A DNA stretch of 64,000 bases from Sphyrna mokarran (taxonomy: Eukaryota), in NCBI GenBank assembly GCA_024679065.1, contig JAGIQG010000009.1, positions 93,062,001 through 93,126,000 of the forward strand, given 5' to 3'. How positions within the stretch are numbered: position 1 is the stretch's first letter; each line of letters starts with the position of its first letter. The notes beneath the pieces are model-generated. The model was not told where the DNA came from and did no database searches. It saw only the letters and a program-made list of their open reading frames with translations. This document shows, in pieces, positions 52,726-64,000 of the stretch. The position numbers and the translations under genes are program-made.

Positions 52726-53572
52726 ATTTACTTATTACGTCGGCACTTGCTATTATAGATGACATATTATTTCCGAATTGGATATTGTTGCTCCATTCGT
52801 AGTATTGTTACTCCATTATACTGCGTGCTATGTGTTCTGGACTTATGTAATTGGGCTATGGGCCAACATAATATCATCAGGAAATGTCACGAAGTCCATA
52901 TTGCGCTGGACTATTATTTTTGAGAGTTCTATTTATTTAATAATGAAATTGTTCACGCCATCAGTTTTGGACAGAGACCGTTCAGTGATCTTCCTCATTA
53001 GCCTTACTTCAGTTAGTTTCGGAAGTCACTGTATGGATTGGTTATACCAAAAATAAAATTCATAAAACCAGTTTAAATTTCAAACAGGTTTAATTGTAGC
53101 AAAAGCCGCAGTAATGTCCTAAGTAATGTCCTTTTTATGGTCAGAACTCCCAGCCACCTGACGAAAGGACAGGCTGCCCCGAAAGCTTGCGGCTTTTGCT
53201 ACAATTAAACCTGTTTGAAATTTAAACTGGTTTTATGAATTTTATTTTTGGTATAACCAATCCATACAGTGACTTCCGAAACTAACTGAAGTAAGGCTAA
53301 TGAGGAAGATCACTGAACGGTCTCTGTCCAAAACTGATGGCGTGAACAATTTCATTATTAAATAAATAGAACTCTCAAAAATAATAGTCCAGCGCAATAT
53401 GGACTTCGTGACATTTCCTGATGATATTATGTTGGCCCATAGCCCAATTACATAAGTCCAGAACACATAGCACGCAGTATAATGGAGTAACAATACTACG
53501 AATGGAGCAACAATATCCAATTCGGAAATAATATGTCATCTATAATAGCAAGTGCCGACGTAATAAGTAAAT
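52726..53572. repeat. 385-bp inverted repeat with 77-bp spacer, no mismatch found
   Basis: Arms 52726-53110 and 53188-53572 are reverse complements. The mirrored 92-aa ORFs are identical and the arm ends match base by base. Confidence 0.97.
53152..53194 (+). ncRNA. Minimal type I hammerhead ribozyme motif, core intact
   Basis: agccac-CTGACGA-aaggacaggctgcccc-GAAA-GC-TT/gcggct; palindromic AGCT helix III; predicted cleavage after CUU at 53188. Confidence 0.65.
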
Positions 53573-53667
53573 TCAACAACCCAGTGGATAGAGATGAAGG
53601 ATAAAACATAGAGAGGGATATAGCACCAATTACAAGGAAATAGTTAACATCAAACTTTGTGACTTAC

Positions 53668-53737
53668 TAGGAATCCCAACGGCTGCTAGAAAAATAGAGT
53701 AAATATCTTCTGTCAGATATATCACTGGATATCCCAT
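53668..53737 (-). CDS. GPCR paralog B, coding exon 1 (MGYPVIYLTEDIYSIFLAAVGIP)
   Basis: ATG at 53737; 70 nt ending CCT A|gtaagt, phase 1; joins exon 2 as GIPINL. Confidence 0.92.
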
Positions 53738-53794
53738 TTTTGTGAGAAGCAATGGCTTTTATTTGACTTTGACCAGAGCTCTGGCAGGAAATCT

Positions 53795-53829
53795 GAAGTG
53801 ATGCATTCTATTTCGTCCCGATATATAAA
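53795..53829 (-). promoter_or_regulatory. Candidate TATA + Inr for GPCR paralog B
   Basis: gaagtgatgcattctatttcgtcccgatatataaa differs from the copy-1 sequence by 1 base. Confidence 0.55.
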
Positions 53830-54099
53830 TGTGATTGCCTCTACTGGTACCGTTATACACTTAGCCGTTCTATTACGTACAGTCACATAAGTAAACACAT
53901 TACGTCAGCAACTTTGACTTAGGTGTAAGTAAAGGGTGGAAAAATACAGAGATATTTCAAAATCGTTAGGTGCCCCTTGGGAGTCCAACTGAGAGTTGTA
54001 TTCAGCACACAGCAGGTCCCACAAGTTTGAACCGCATTATTCGCATTGTTCGGCGAATTGTTGAAATGTATAACGGCCTCAGTTCTGCTGATTAAATCA

Positions 54100-56330
54100 C
54101 ATGTTCATCTCCGTTGTTAACCGAATTCAAGAGAAACTTCGACCTGTATCATTTCGGTTTTGCCGTCTCCCATTTAAAATTAAGCATGTGTCCTAACATG
54201 GAGAACATTAAAGATGGCATGACGCCTAATAGATTTATGAGTGATGGTATGTCACCGACAATTAACGTCCCAATTTGTCATTTTGCCCTTCGCTACATCA
54301 ATGCACATGTTTGCCTGCCTATTCTAAGTTCGTTATTCATCTCACTGAACTTTGAACTTTGTCATCTCCTTACGTCAATAGTACACTTCCTTCCTGGATG
54401 GGCGCGAGAAAAATTGAGAGACTTCTTAATTGGAGGAAACTGCATCTCAAATGTCGTCCGATAGCATCAGAAAAACAGATATTCCAGATTGATCGTGGAA
54501 ATTTTGAGCTGGCAGCAGACAATAAATGCAGACATCCACCCAACCTCAATTTTTCGTCCATGTCAATGTCAATGTTCAGCCATCAGTTTTCAGATCACAG
54601 TAAATTCTGTTTGCGCTTATCGATTTACAATAGCTGTAAACGCACCATGGTTTAAATTTAGAGTTCTTATCCTTGTCTTCATACATTTTCACTGGTTCAG
54701 CCCTCCCAACCTGAACTGTCTCCTCCAACTCAACAGAAAATCACCCCTACATATAATACAGGCCTGGCGTGATAGAACTCGCCATGTTCCATTTTCAGCC
54801 ACCCAATTACAATTAATGAATATGGAACAATCTTCCACATCACGATAATTCTTCGGGACTCAGTGAATTTCATGTTTTTGCTCCTGCCTCTCTGGTATCC
54901 GTAGGCAGTGCATTGCTGTTCTCATTTAGTGAATGCTGCCAGCTCCAGATGTTCACAATCTTTCTGGAACACCCATAGCCCCGTTTCTATGGAATTACAT
55001 CAGAGCTCCCAATTTAATCGAGCGAAGGAGTCGTTCCCTTTTTCTGTACTATAAACTCTTGCTCAAGCCCAAAGTCTCCCCTTTCTGATAATTATGTCAG
55101 GATGATTACGCTGCTAATAGTATGTTCATTGTAACATGTTGTGTAGAAGATTGATGCATTGTTTCTAAAAATGAAAGTCGTGATGTTGCAGCTATACATC
55201 ACCAAAACGAGCTTATACGCTGATAAATGATTGATCCCCCTAATCATGGCCGCCTCTTTCAGACTGATGAGAAAGAGGCACTCCATGTCCATGCTAAAGA
55301 GGACAGGCAGACTGAGAGAGAGAGAGAGAGAGAGGAGGGTGGATCCGGGGACAAAGTTCTCACGGTTTTTTTCCCCTGCAATGGATGGCACGATGTCACA
55401 ATGGTTAGCAGGACTGTCTCACTGTGCCAGGGTCCAACCTTCATGTCAAATCCCCTTCTGAACTGTGAAATGATGTCATTATTAATCTTGAACGATGGAC
55501 CTCTTTAATCAATATTCTACTTATGCTAGGCTCCATAAACTGAGATATTTAAATTATTGCACTGATTCTCCCGGCAATGGTTAGTACGTAGAAGCCGGGT
55601 GGGTTAAAGTGATCACACGAATTTAAACCTGGCTTCATTTTATTTGGCTTTCCAATTATCCTACCTACTTCTGTACCATTTGGTGGATTGCCCATGGAAA
55701 ACTGCCCCTTCGTGCCCCAAGGTAGATAGGTGGGATGGATTATACATAGTGAGCATGCGGGTTACAGGATTACAGCGAGAAACAGGATTTGCATAAGCCA
55801 CCATGTAAGGGATTCATTACATATTTGATGGGCTTAATGGTTTCCTTCTGTACTATGTTTATGATTTCTAACTCGGTCTCTAGTATGTATACACCTTTAA
55901 TGTTATATTCCATTGTCCAGGTAATAGCTGCGTTATTCTGAATCCACACATGACAGACACATGCAGCCAAGTTTGTCCCTACTCTATTTATGTATAATTC
56001 GTCTACGTTGAACAAGTCTTTTATCCCACAGGACAGGTCAAAATATCCAAGGAATCTGAAGTCTTCCCTCTTTACATGACTTCCTTTGCCCGGCATTTTA
56101 CTGCGATATGATTTTATTTCTATTCCCACAAAGGAGCACTAAGAATAATCCGGATATTGTTGTCTTCCAAACTCGCTTTCTTACCACCTTCCGTGGTTCC
56201 TATCCCATCTTCTTCCTGACTGACATTTTTTTTATCGTAATGCATGACGACATCGAAGCTTCCCGCTTTGGCCGACGAAATGTTCTCAGAGATGCTTTTG
56301 GTCTTTAAATCAGGGCTGGCGAGTGTGGAT
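54100..56330 (-). mobile_element. Old CR1 5' part with SINE-like insert (paralog of 12350-14560)
   Basis: ORF1 esterase-like peptide in ORF 55770-56129. Confidence 0.55.
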
Positions 56331-56867
56331 GTGTAGGTGCGTACATTACTTACGTTATCTCCCAATTACTTGTTGCCGATTATTAATATTTAATCCACTG
56401 TCATACACTTACCAGTGCGAAATAATGGTACAATTGCAAAGCAGAAAATTTTTCATACCTAGAATCTCGCGTAAAAGTAACAATTCGTCTGTAGAGAATA
56501 TATAACCACGTGGTTTCCTGTGAGCTGCTGAATCGTTTGCTGACATTGTTTGTCCGAGGTTAGGCTTTTGTTTTCCATTTCCCTCCTTTTTATCGCGAAG
56601 TGTTGAAAATTGCGTATCTGCCCTTCCTGAAGTGCCATCTTTCCAGGTAGATCACTCGCAATCTGATAGAGCAGCGACTGATCATTGCTGACATAGCATT
56701 ATGTCAGATTGATGATTGTCGTTTTTATTCTTCCCTGGCTATGTATAGGCAGTATTGAATACTGAGGATTGAATATTGCATGATCAAAGTGTGATCTATA
56801 ATATTTGAGCCGGCTGCTCTGCTTTTCTTTTTGCAGCGGAGGTCTACGTTGCAATTAACGAAGTATT

Positions 56868-59800
56868 ATTGTCGTTCGCCCATCGTCATCGATGAGGACC
56901 TCGAAACCATTATCATTTTGAGTCTGTTTGAGGTGTGTTCAAAGATGGCTGATCAGGCCAATTCGGGCACGGAATGTCCTGGCATACATTGGACAGAGTT
57001 GTGTAGACTCTATAGTTGTTGCGCTGGTGGTTCTGGACTTACGCAGCTCGCGCTTAAGTTGTGCTTCAGAACTACGCCTTGCTTTGTGATCTTGATAGCG
57101 TTTCCGGATGAGGCAGCGCCAGCTAAGGCTGTTTCGTGCCAGCGTTTCCCAGGTGGTCGTGTCAATGTCAAGCGGCTTCAGGGAGGCCTTGAGAGTGTCT
57201 TTGAAACGTTTCTTCTGCTCTCCATGCGAGCGTTTTCCAGCAGAAATTTCCCCAAAAAAGGAGCTGCTTGGGTATACACTCGTCTGACATACGATGACAT
57301 GACCTGCCCACCGGGTCTGCGCTCTCATCAGCAGTGTGTGGACTGATGGTAGACTTGCTCTAGAGAGAACTTCAGTGTCTGGTACTTTGTCTTGCCAACG
57401 GATGCGTAATATTCTGCGAAGATAAGTCATGTGGAAATGATTGAGCTTTCTTGCCTGCCTTCAGTACATAGTTCACGTTTCACAGGCATACAGGAGGGTA
57501 GGGAGTACCACAGCGCTGTAGACCTTCAGTTTTGTTGCTGGGCTGATTCTTCGACGTTCCCATACAGTGGAGCGCAGTCGCCGAAAGCGGAACTTGCCTT
57601 TGCTATTCTGCAGTTAACTCCTGTATCAAAGTCACGGCTTGGGAGAGGGTGTTGCCAAGATAAGAGAACTGGTCCACTGCCTGTAGTTTCTGCCCTTTGA
57701 TTGTGATTATGGGCATTGTGTATGGTGCATGAGGAGCAAGCTATGCATGACTTTGGTCTTTTTATGTTGATGGTAAGTCCAAAATTGTTACAAGCCGTGT
57801 GTCCGCACTGACTTGCATTTCTGGCTCTGAACAAGCATATGGGGCGCAATCATCGGCAAAGAGGAAAATCTCTCAGAGCAGTCACTTTTCCTTTGGTAAT
57901 AGCTTGATGTTCCCTCAGGTTGAAGAACTTCCATCCTCTCTGTTCTTGAGACTGATTCCAGCAACACTGTCCTCGAAGGCATATTCAGAATGGCAGTAAA
58001 CATCATGCTGAACAGTGTGGGTGCGAGCACTCAGCCCTGTTTGACACGATTGGTGAGTGGGAATGCCTCAGAGGATTCTCCGCCATCCAGTACTCTGGCT
58101 GTCATGCCATCATGGAACTGGTATATCGTCTGAATGAATTTGGGGGAGCAGCTGAATTTTGACATGATCCTCCACAAGCCTTGTCGGCTTACAGTGTGGA
58201 AGGCTTTTGTGAGGTCAACAAAAGTTGTGCAGAGCTCGCGATTCTGCTCCTGATACTTCTCCTGAAGTTGGTGTGCAGCAAAAATCATATCAGTAGTGCT
58301 GCGACCTTTACGGACGCCACACTGTGACTCTGGAAGCACGCCCAGCTACAGAGTCCTGGCAAGGGCTTTTACTGTGATGGAGAGCAGCGAGATTCCTCGG
58401 TGGTTGTCACATACTTGCTGGTTGCCCTTCTTCGTGTAGAGGTGCACGATGGAAGCATCTTTAAGTTGGTGAGGAATGGATCCTTACTTCTAAAGGGCTG
58501 GAACAACTCGGTGCGCTTCTCAATAAGTGCAGGGCCAGCAGCTTTATGTACCCCTGCGCTATACCGCCACTGTTGAACATGATGCTTACTGCCATGCTGA
58601 ATGATACCTTCAAGGACAGAGTTGCTGAAAGGAGCCTCAAGCCACTGGATAGCTGTCTGACAGCTTTCGTGACTTTGGCTACTGTTGGTGGCTCATCCAT
58701 GGCGCTGTTGATATCAACCTGGGGAATCCTGCCTACTGCCTCATCGTTAATAGATGACAGTCGGTTGAGGACGGCTTCAAAGTGTTCAGCCTACCTCTGC
58801 AGGATCTGAGCCTTCTCTGTAATGATAGTTGTACCATCGAGGGTGGGGGGGGAGAGAGACTGAAGTCCATAGAGAGTGTTGAGGGCTTCATAGAACCGTT
58901 TCAAGTCGTTTCTGTCAGTATATCCCTGCATTTCACAGGGATACGCTGTGTTAGCGCTCAGCCAGGCATCCTGCATTTTACACAGTTTATTCTGGACTGT
59001 CTTGCGAGCGCTGGTAAAAGCATTTTTCTTGGCAGTTGAAGATGGGTCGTTCTGACAGGCCTGATGAAGATGGTGCTTTTCAACAAGTAGAACCTGTATC
59101 TCCTCATCATTGTCATCAAACCAATCATGCTGTTTGCCGGCGGAGGGCCCAAGCATCTTCAAGGCAGATATACAGGTAGCATCCCTGAAGCGTTTCCAGT
59201 TGTCCTCAGCGCTACCTGTAAGGTGTAGGTCAGTAAGTTTGATTTCTAAGTCCTCAGCCAGTGCTAAATTATGATGGAGTTCTTTAGCTTGGCCACATTG
59301 ATTCTTTTTATAACCTTGCTTCCGTGTGGTCACCTCTTGGGTCTGATGTGGAACATCATTTTTGAGACAATGAGCCTGTGATTTGTCCAGCAGTCAGCAC
59401 TACACATGGCCTTGGTTACTCTAACATCCTGCCTGCCTTTTCTCTGACAATGACATAGTCGATAAGATGCCAATGCTTAGAATGGGGTGCATCCAGGAGG
59501 ATGCTTGTTATGAGAAGGCAGACAAAAGGTTGTGTTGGTGATGAGGAGGTCGTGTGCTGCACAAGACTTCATTAAGACAAGACCATTACTTGCCCACTCC
59601 ATGCCTCCCAATGACTCCCTGCCAGATTGCAGAGTCCCCCCTACTCTTGCATTGAAATCACCAAGCAAGATCAGCTTGCCGAGACTGCTCACTGCTGATA
59701 GTAGGGTGTCTAGTTATTTGCAGAACTTGTACTTCATCTTATTGTTCATTGTGGTGGCATAGGCATTGATCAGGGTGGCTTGACTTCCGTTTTGTAGCGG

Positions 59801-60954
59801 AAGGTGTAATGTCATAAGTTAGTCGCTCACACCCTTGGCTAGATTATCAAGTTTCGAACAAGGTGATTCCTGAAGGCGAATCCAATTCCAGCATCACGAC
59901 GCACATCGCTGCCACGACCGCTCCAGAAAAAAAGTATACCCACCTCCAGTTTCAGTCAACTGACCTACGTTGGCAAGCTGAGTTTCGCTCAGGGCTGCAA
60001 TGTCGATGTTGTATCTTGCAAGCTCTCTGGCAATTAAGCCTTCTCTCTGGTCTGTCTGCTGTAGTGTTGTCCAAAAGTGTGAGCATGTTCCAATTGCCAA
60101 TAGTGAGCTGTGTCACCTTGTGTTTTATTTTGCTTGTTCGACCGCAAGATGGGATCCCGGCCAGCCGCAGTAAACTGGCCAGGGTGTAGTGATGCAGGCA
60201 ATGTTTAGGGTACCTGTTCTAGCTACTTCCTCATTCTACGGAGGTGAGCAGAGTGTTCCTGAAGAGGACTGCTTAGTCGCCCAGATAGACACCGTATTCC
60301 AATGTTGCTTCGATCAGCGGGAGAAAACGATTATTAGACCTGAGCCGCCTGCATACAGGTACGTGACTACAGCTCCCAGTGTATCCACACCTGCTTCATC
60401 GTCGTTCGCCCTTCACCACAGGACTTCAAGGGTATAACAGGACACTGATGATGATGATGATGATGATGATGGTGTGAAAAGTAGAGCTTGATTTGGATTA
60501 AAGTGAGGGAGAGTTGCGCAGCTTCAGCCTCACTCTCTCTTCCAGCTCCAATCTAGATCCAGTGGCAAGACAGGAGTCATGATAGCTAGAGGTGGAACCA
60601 GGCGCGCTGGATGACCAGGACGTCTCTTATGTCTTATCCTGCTCTTCGCGTTCCACGACGCTTGCAGAGACTGCCTTCTTGACCGTTGGACCTTCCATTG
60701 GTTTCGTCTGCTCAATTCGCTGGACTCTGTCTTCACATGCTGGGATAGACATCTCCCTATCTCACGTTGTTTAGCTGGCTTGGCAAGGCCGTTGTCCGTG
60801 ATGTGGCCACTGTCACATGCAAGCAGCAACAGGGAGGCACGGGTGAGAGCTGAGTTCAGGTGGGAACAAAGGATGGACAAACCGCCCTAAAAGGACGCGA
60901 CATGTTCCCCATCAAAGGTACTACCCCTCCCTGACACCCCATATACACCCATGA
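56868..60954 (-). mobile_element. Full-length RTE-clade LINE, frameshifted, with probable 11-bp TSD
   Basis: LIARELARYNIDIAALSET, LILLGDFNARVG, LPESQCGVRKGRSTTDMIFAAHQLQEK..FVDLTKAF, VKQG..LAPTLFS, LRRILRIRWQDKVPDTEVL and C-terminal zinc-finger-like CPMYARTFRARIGLISHL. TSD aacgaagtatt 56857-56867 / aacaaagtatt 60955-60965. Confidence 0.92.
60447..60471 (+). repeat. (GAT)n microsatellite inside the RTE 5' UTR
   Basis: tgatgatgatgatgatgatgatgat read directly. Confidence 0.9.
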
Positions 60955-61629
60955 AACAAAGTATTCTAGATCAACAATAAAATAGTACATTATTATGCAG
61001 TAGCAACATGGCAATATTCCACCGCATGCGCGCTATTTCACGCCATTTCTCCATATAATTTCGGAAATGTCATTCAATATTCTCAATAAAAGGTACAATT
61101 TGGAAGCAAGTAGAGTCTTCACGATTCTGAGCTGGAAGCAAGAATGAGGCAAAAGAAAATGATTTAGACACGAACAAGAGAAGCAAATCCACAGTCCTAC
61201 ATACTCTTCATTGCATCTGCAAACTTCAATGCGCTATGATAGATGACATGTGTGATTTTTGTTGCGTCATTAACCAAAATCACAAACGAGTAAAAAAATG
61301 TTTACTCGATCGCAAAACAAACCAGTTATTCGTCTCTTATTCTGAACTACTCCGCGAACGTCAGCATTATTGTTAAAATTCAGAATACATTTGAGAGAAG
61401 TTGAAGGAATGGTTATAAAGTGCACTGACAAACACATGCAAATTGGTTAAACAAAGAAAATAATTGTGAAAAACTCATGATTCGAATAATATACCACTTA
61501 AGTTCCTGCCCTGCCTTCATCGATCCATAAATAGCATTCCAACTGTTTTTTCCAAAAACAGATTGTTAAGTCTTTCGAAACAAAAACTTGGTATTTGAGC
61601 TCATATACCAGAGCATTGAATAACAGATA

Positions 61630-62620
61630 AAGTACAGGAAATCAGCGTATAAGGGGCATTTTCAGAATGCGAGCCTGGAAGTAGTGGGTTCTCGCAGTGA
61701 TCAGTGCTGGGACCACGGTTATTTGCAATATATAGTAATAACTTGGACGCGGGAACTTAATGTACTTTTGGCAAGATGGTTGATAAGACCAAGTGAATAC
61801 ACATTCTGTGATAAGTGATAAGTGCGGACCGAATATGGCATAGCAAAATGTGAAGTTATGCACGCTGGAAGGAAGAATTAAGGAGTTGAATGTTATTAAA
61901 ATGGAGAAAGACTGCGTAGCCATGTAACATATATGGATTTGTGAGTCCTCGTGCTTAATTCACAAGAAGTTATCAGGCATTTTCAATGTTAATAGGGAAA
62001 ACAATTGTAATGTTGGCCTTCATTTCACATGGGAAGAAGTCTAAAAGAGGGTCCTTCTTCATATAAACAAAGAGTCAACATAATTCATAAACTGGGATAG
62101 AGAGCTCTTGGGGAGCTAAACAATGACTTTGCATCGGTTTTTGCTAATTAAGATACGGGAATCTCCCAGGTGTGAGATATGGAGAACAGGGGTTGAAGGA
62201 AGTTAATATACATAAGAAGGTTGTATTGAAGAAATTATTTCGACTGAACGTTACTAATTTCCCAAGAACTGACATTGTATATATCTGAGGATGTTGAATG
62301 TAGTTGCTAGAAATAGTAGACGCAATGACGATCGTTTTCCAAAATTCTATTGCTTTTGGAATGAATCTCGAACATCGGCAGATAGTAAAATTCATTCCAT
62401 TATTTAAGAAGGGAGGATGTGAGAAAACGGAACTACAGACCTCTTCGCCTTAAACCATGACAGGAAAAATGCTGAAAACCATCAAAAAAATGATAATTAG
62501 ACACTTTGACAATTCATGATCCGATTGGGTACAATTAGAAAATTAAAAATTTGTTGTACTTGTTAGAGTTGGTTGAATATTCTATTAACAAATTGATAAA
62601 TGTGAGGCGATGGACTGATG
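61630..62620 (+). mobile_element. Decayed CR1 RT fragments
   Basis: aaatgtgaagttatgcac (KCEVMH); ccattatttaagaagggagg..aactacagacc (PLFKKG..NYRP). Confidence 0.6.
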
Positions 62621-63311
62621 GGGACCAAATACTTATTCTTGAAGTAGCCACTAGCTACTGCCATGTTCTCAAATAGGCGAATAAAACGCATAATCATGAG
62701 TTTAAGAGCACTAATTCAATACTGGGTTAAGAGTGAATGAGCTTAGACTATGCAGAGCGCTGACAAAGGGTTTTGCTACAGATGACAGTTCAATATGACT
62801 AACAAGTATTTCTCATTTAGAACATGTATAAAATCCATTTATAACATGGATGCAGTTTGTTTTTAGGATATATTTTGTGAAACTTCACGCAATGACAAGA
62901 TACAGCAGGACTTGATGGGATGACTTGGAGACAGTACATGCAGTCCAGAGGACAATAGTTCCCCTGAATTCATCTAATTTATTAGTAGTTGTTGGGTACG
63001 AGATGGCTACCAATGCCAGTTTGATTAATAGAAGTATACAGATCCAAGCTGATAACACAGGTGCAAAACAGACATAAGGGATTTGTCAGAGTCGGACAAA
63101 TGTCACGTGGGTTCAAATCGTTGAAGTCATTCTCCTGGCTCACAATCCAGAGTCCTGCATTTCTGGGCCACAAGACGGAGGAATAATTAATTACAAATGA
63201 GATCCCATGGGGTCAGTGTTTGTATATTAGTTTGTTGGAGTTGATGGCAGTGATGGCAATTGACTGATTTATATTATTTTCTTCTTGAACTATGTCCAAC
63301 AGTAAGATGGG

Positions 63312-63660
63312 TCACAGAGTCATAAGGCATTACGGTATGGAAATAGGCCCTTCCGCCCAACTTGTCCATGCCGCCCTTTTTTAACCCCTAAAGCTAGTCC
63401 CAATTGCCCGTGAGTGGCTCATATCCCACTGTACTTATCTTACCCTTATAACTGTTCAAACGCTTTTTTTAAAAGACAAAGTTGCACCCGCTTCTGTTCC
63501 TACATCTGGCAGCTTATTCCAGACATTCAGCACCCTCTGTGTGAAAAAGAAAATGCCCTTTTGTTTCTCTCTCCTCTCATCTTAATATATGCCTCCTCGT
63601 TTTAGACTCCCCTTGGGAAAAGTTATTGACTATCTAGCCAATTTATGCCCCTCATTGGGG
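63312..63660 (-). mobile_element. CR1 3' end fragment
   Basis: agagtcata..atggaaataggcccttccgcccaacttgtccatgc antisense CR1 tail. Confidence 0.7.
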
Positions 63661-64000
63661 CAATATGATTTTATTTTTTTATATCTGCCTCTCAGGAGTA
63701 TAGTATTTGAATAAAACATCGGGCTGCCCGCATGCTCTGCCTCGCGTGCTTTTCTTTTTTATATCATTCTCCCATTTGATGGTTTGCTTTATAAAGGCAC
63801 ATCTTAAAATCAATATACTGAGTTTCATGAATTTCTGTATTTATTTTAAGTTTAGCAATACACAGCCTCAAGAGAAAAGACACGTCAACAGTGGGCAAGG
63901 GCGTGGCAGATGGAATATAACATGGATTTTTTTTGGCAGAAGTAACAGGTGTGCAGAGTATTTTCTAAATGGCAAGAAGTTCGAAGTATAGATGTACAAA

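Larger units (their letters stand above)
51041..53252 (-). mobile_element. Penelope-like element (paralog of 9556-11517), containing the left arm of the inverted duplication
   Basis: PPLLAFKQPHNIKQFIVRSKLP..QPCHSHLCMTC; TSD ataactaatccat 51028-51040 / ataaccaatccat 53253-53265. Confidence 0.88.
41431..56525. repeat. Segmental duplication unit 2
   Basis: Collinear with 1-14740; roughly 80-85% identity by eye outside the exons. Confidence 0.95.

Noticed and set aside
52778-53520. Two identical 92-aa hydrophobic ORFs on opposite strands
   Set aside because: By-product of the inverted repeat; TTG start, and no equivalent ORF at the paralogous 11520-11780.
41431-56525. Haplotype false duplication in the assembly
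   Set aside because: Divergence (~15-20% non-coding by eye, with many indels) is far beyond allelic levels.
56939-60100. Cluster of ORFs suggesting an active RT gene
   Set aside because: Fragments of one frameshifted RTE ORF; not an intact gene.
1-64000. CRISPR array, retron or other prokaryotic system
   Set aside because: No regular repeat-spacer array or operon structure; all RT pieces belong to eukaryotic retroelements.

Overview
AT-rich, repeat-dense vertebrate genomic DNA, most likely from a cartilaginous fish (inferred from the mix of CR1, Rex1/Babar, RTE and Penelope-like elements and an HE1/V-type SINE). The only intact genes I can support are two paralogous class A GPCRs of the GPR139/GPR142-like type, both on the minus strand. 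Each has two coding exons (11990-11921 + 2267-1357, 326 aa; 53737-53668 + 43742-42826, 328 aa) and a ~9.7-9.9 kb intron. They lie in an old ~15 kb segmental duplication (1-14740 vs 41431-56525) separated by ~27 kb of nested retroelements. Both introns carry a Penelope-like element with inverted pseudo-LTRs that contain minimal hammerhead-ribozyme motifs. In copy 2 only, a 385-bp inverted duplication with no mismatch found (52726-53110 / 53188-53572) starts at, or within 1 nt of, the predicted hammerhead cleavage site and lies ~95 nt from the GPCR splice donor. A full-length, decayed RTE LINE with a probable TSD lies at 56868-60954. Repeat family names and many TE boundaries come from manual motif recognition and are approximate.
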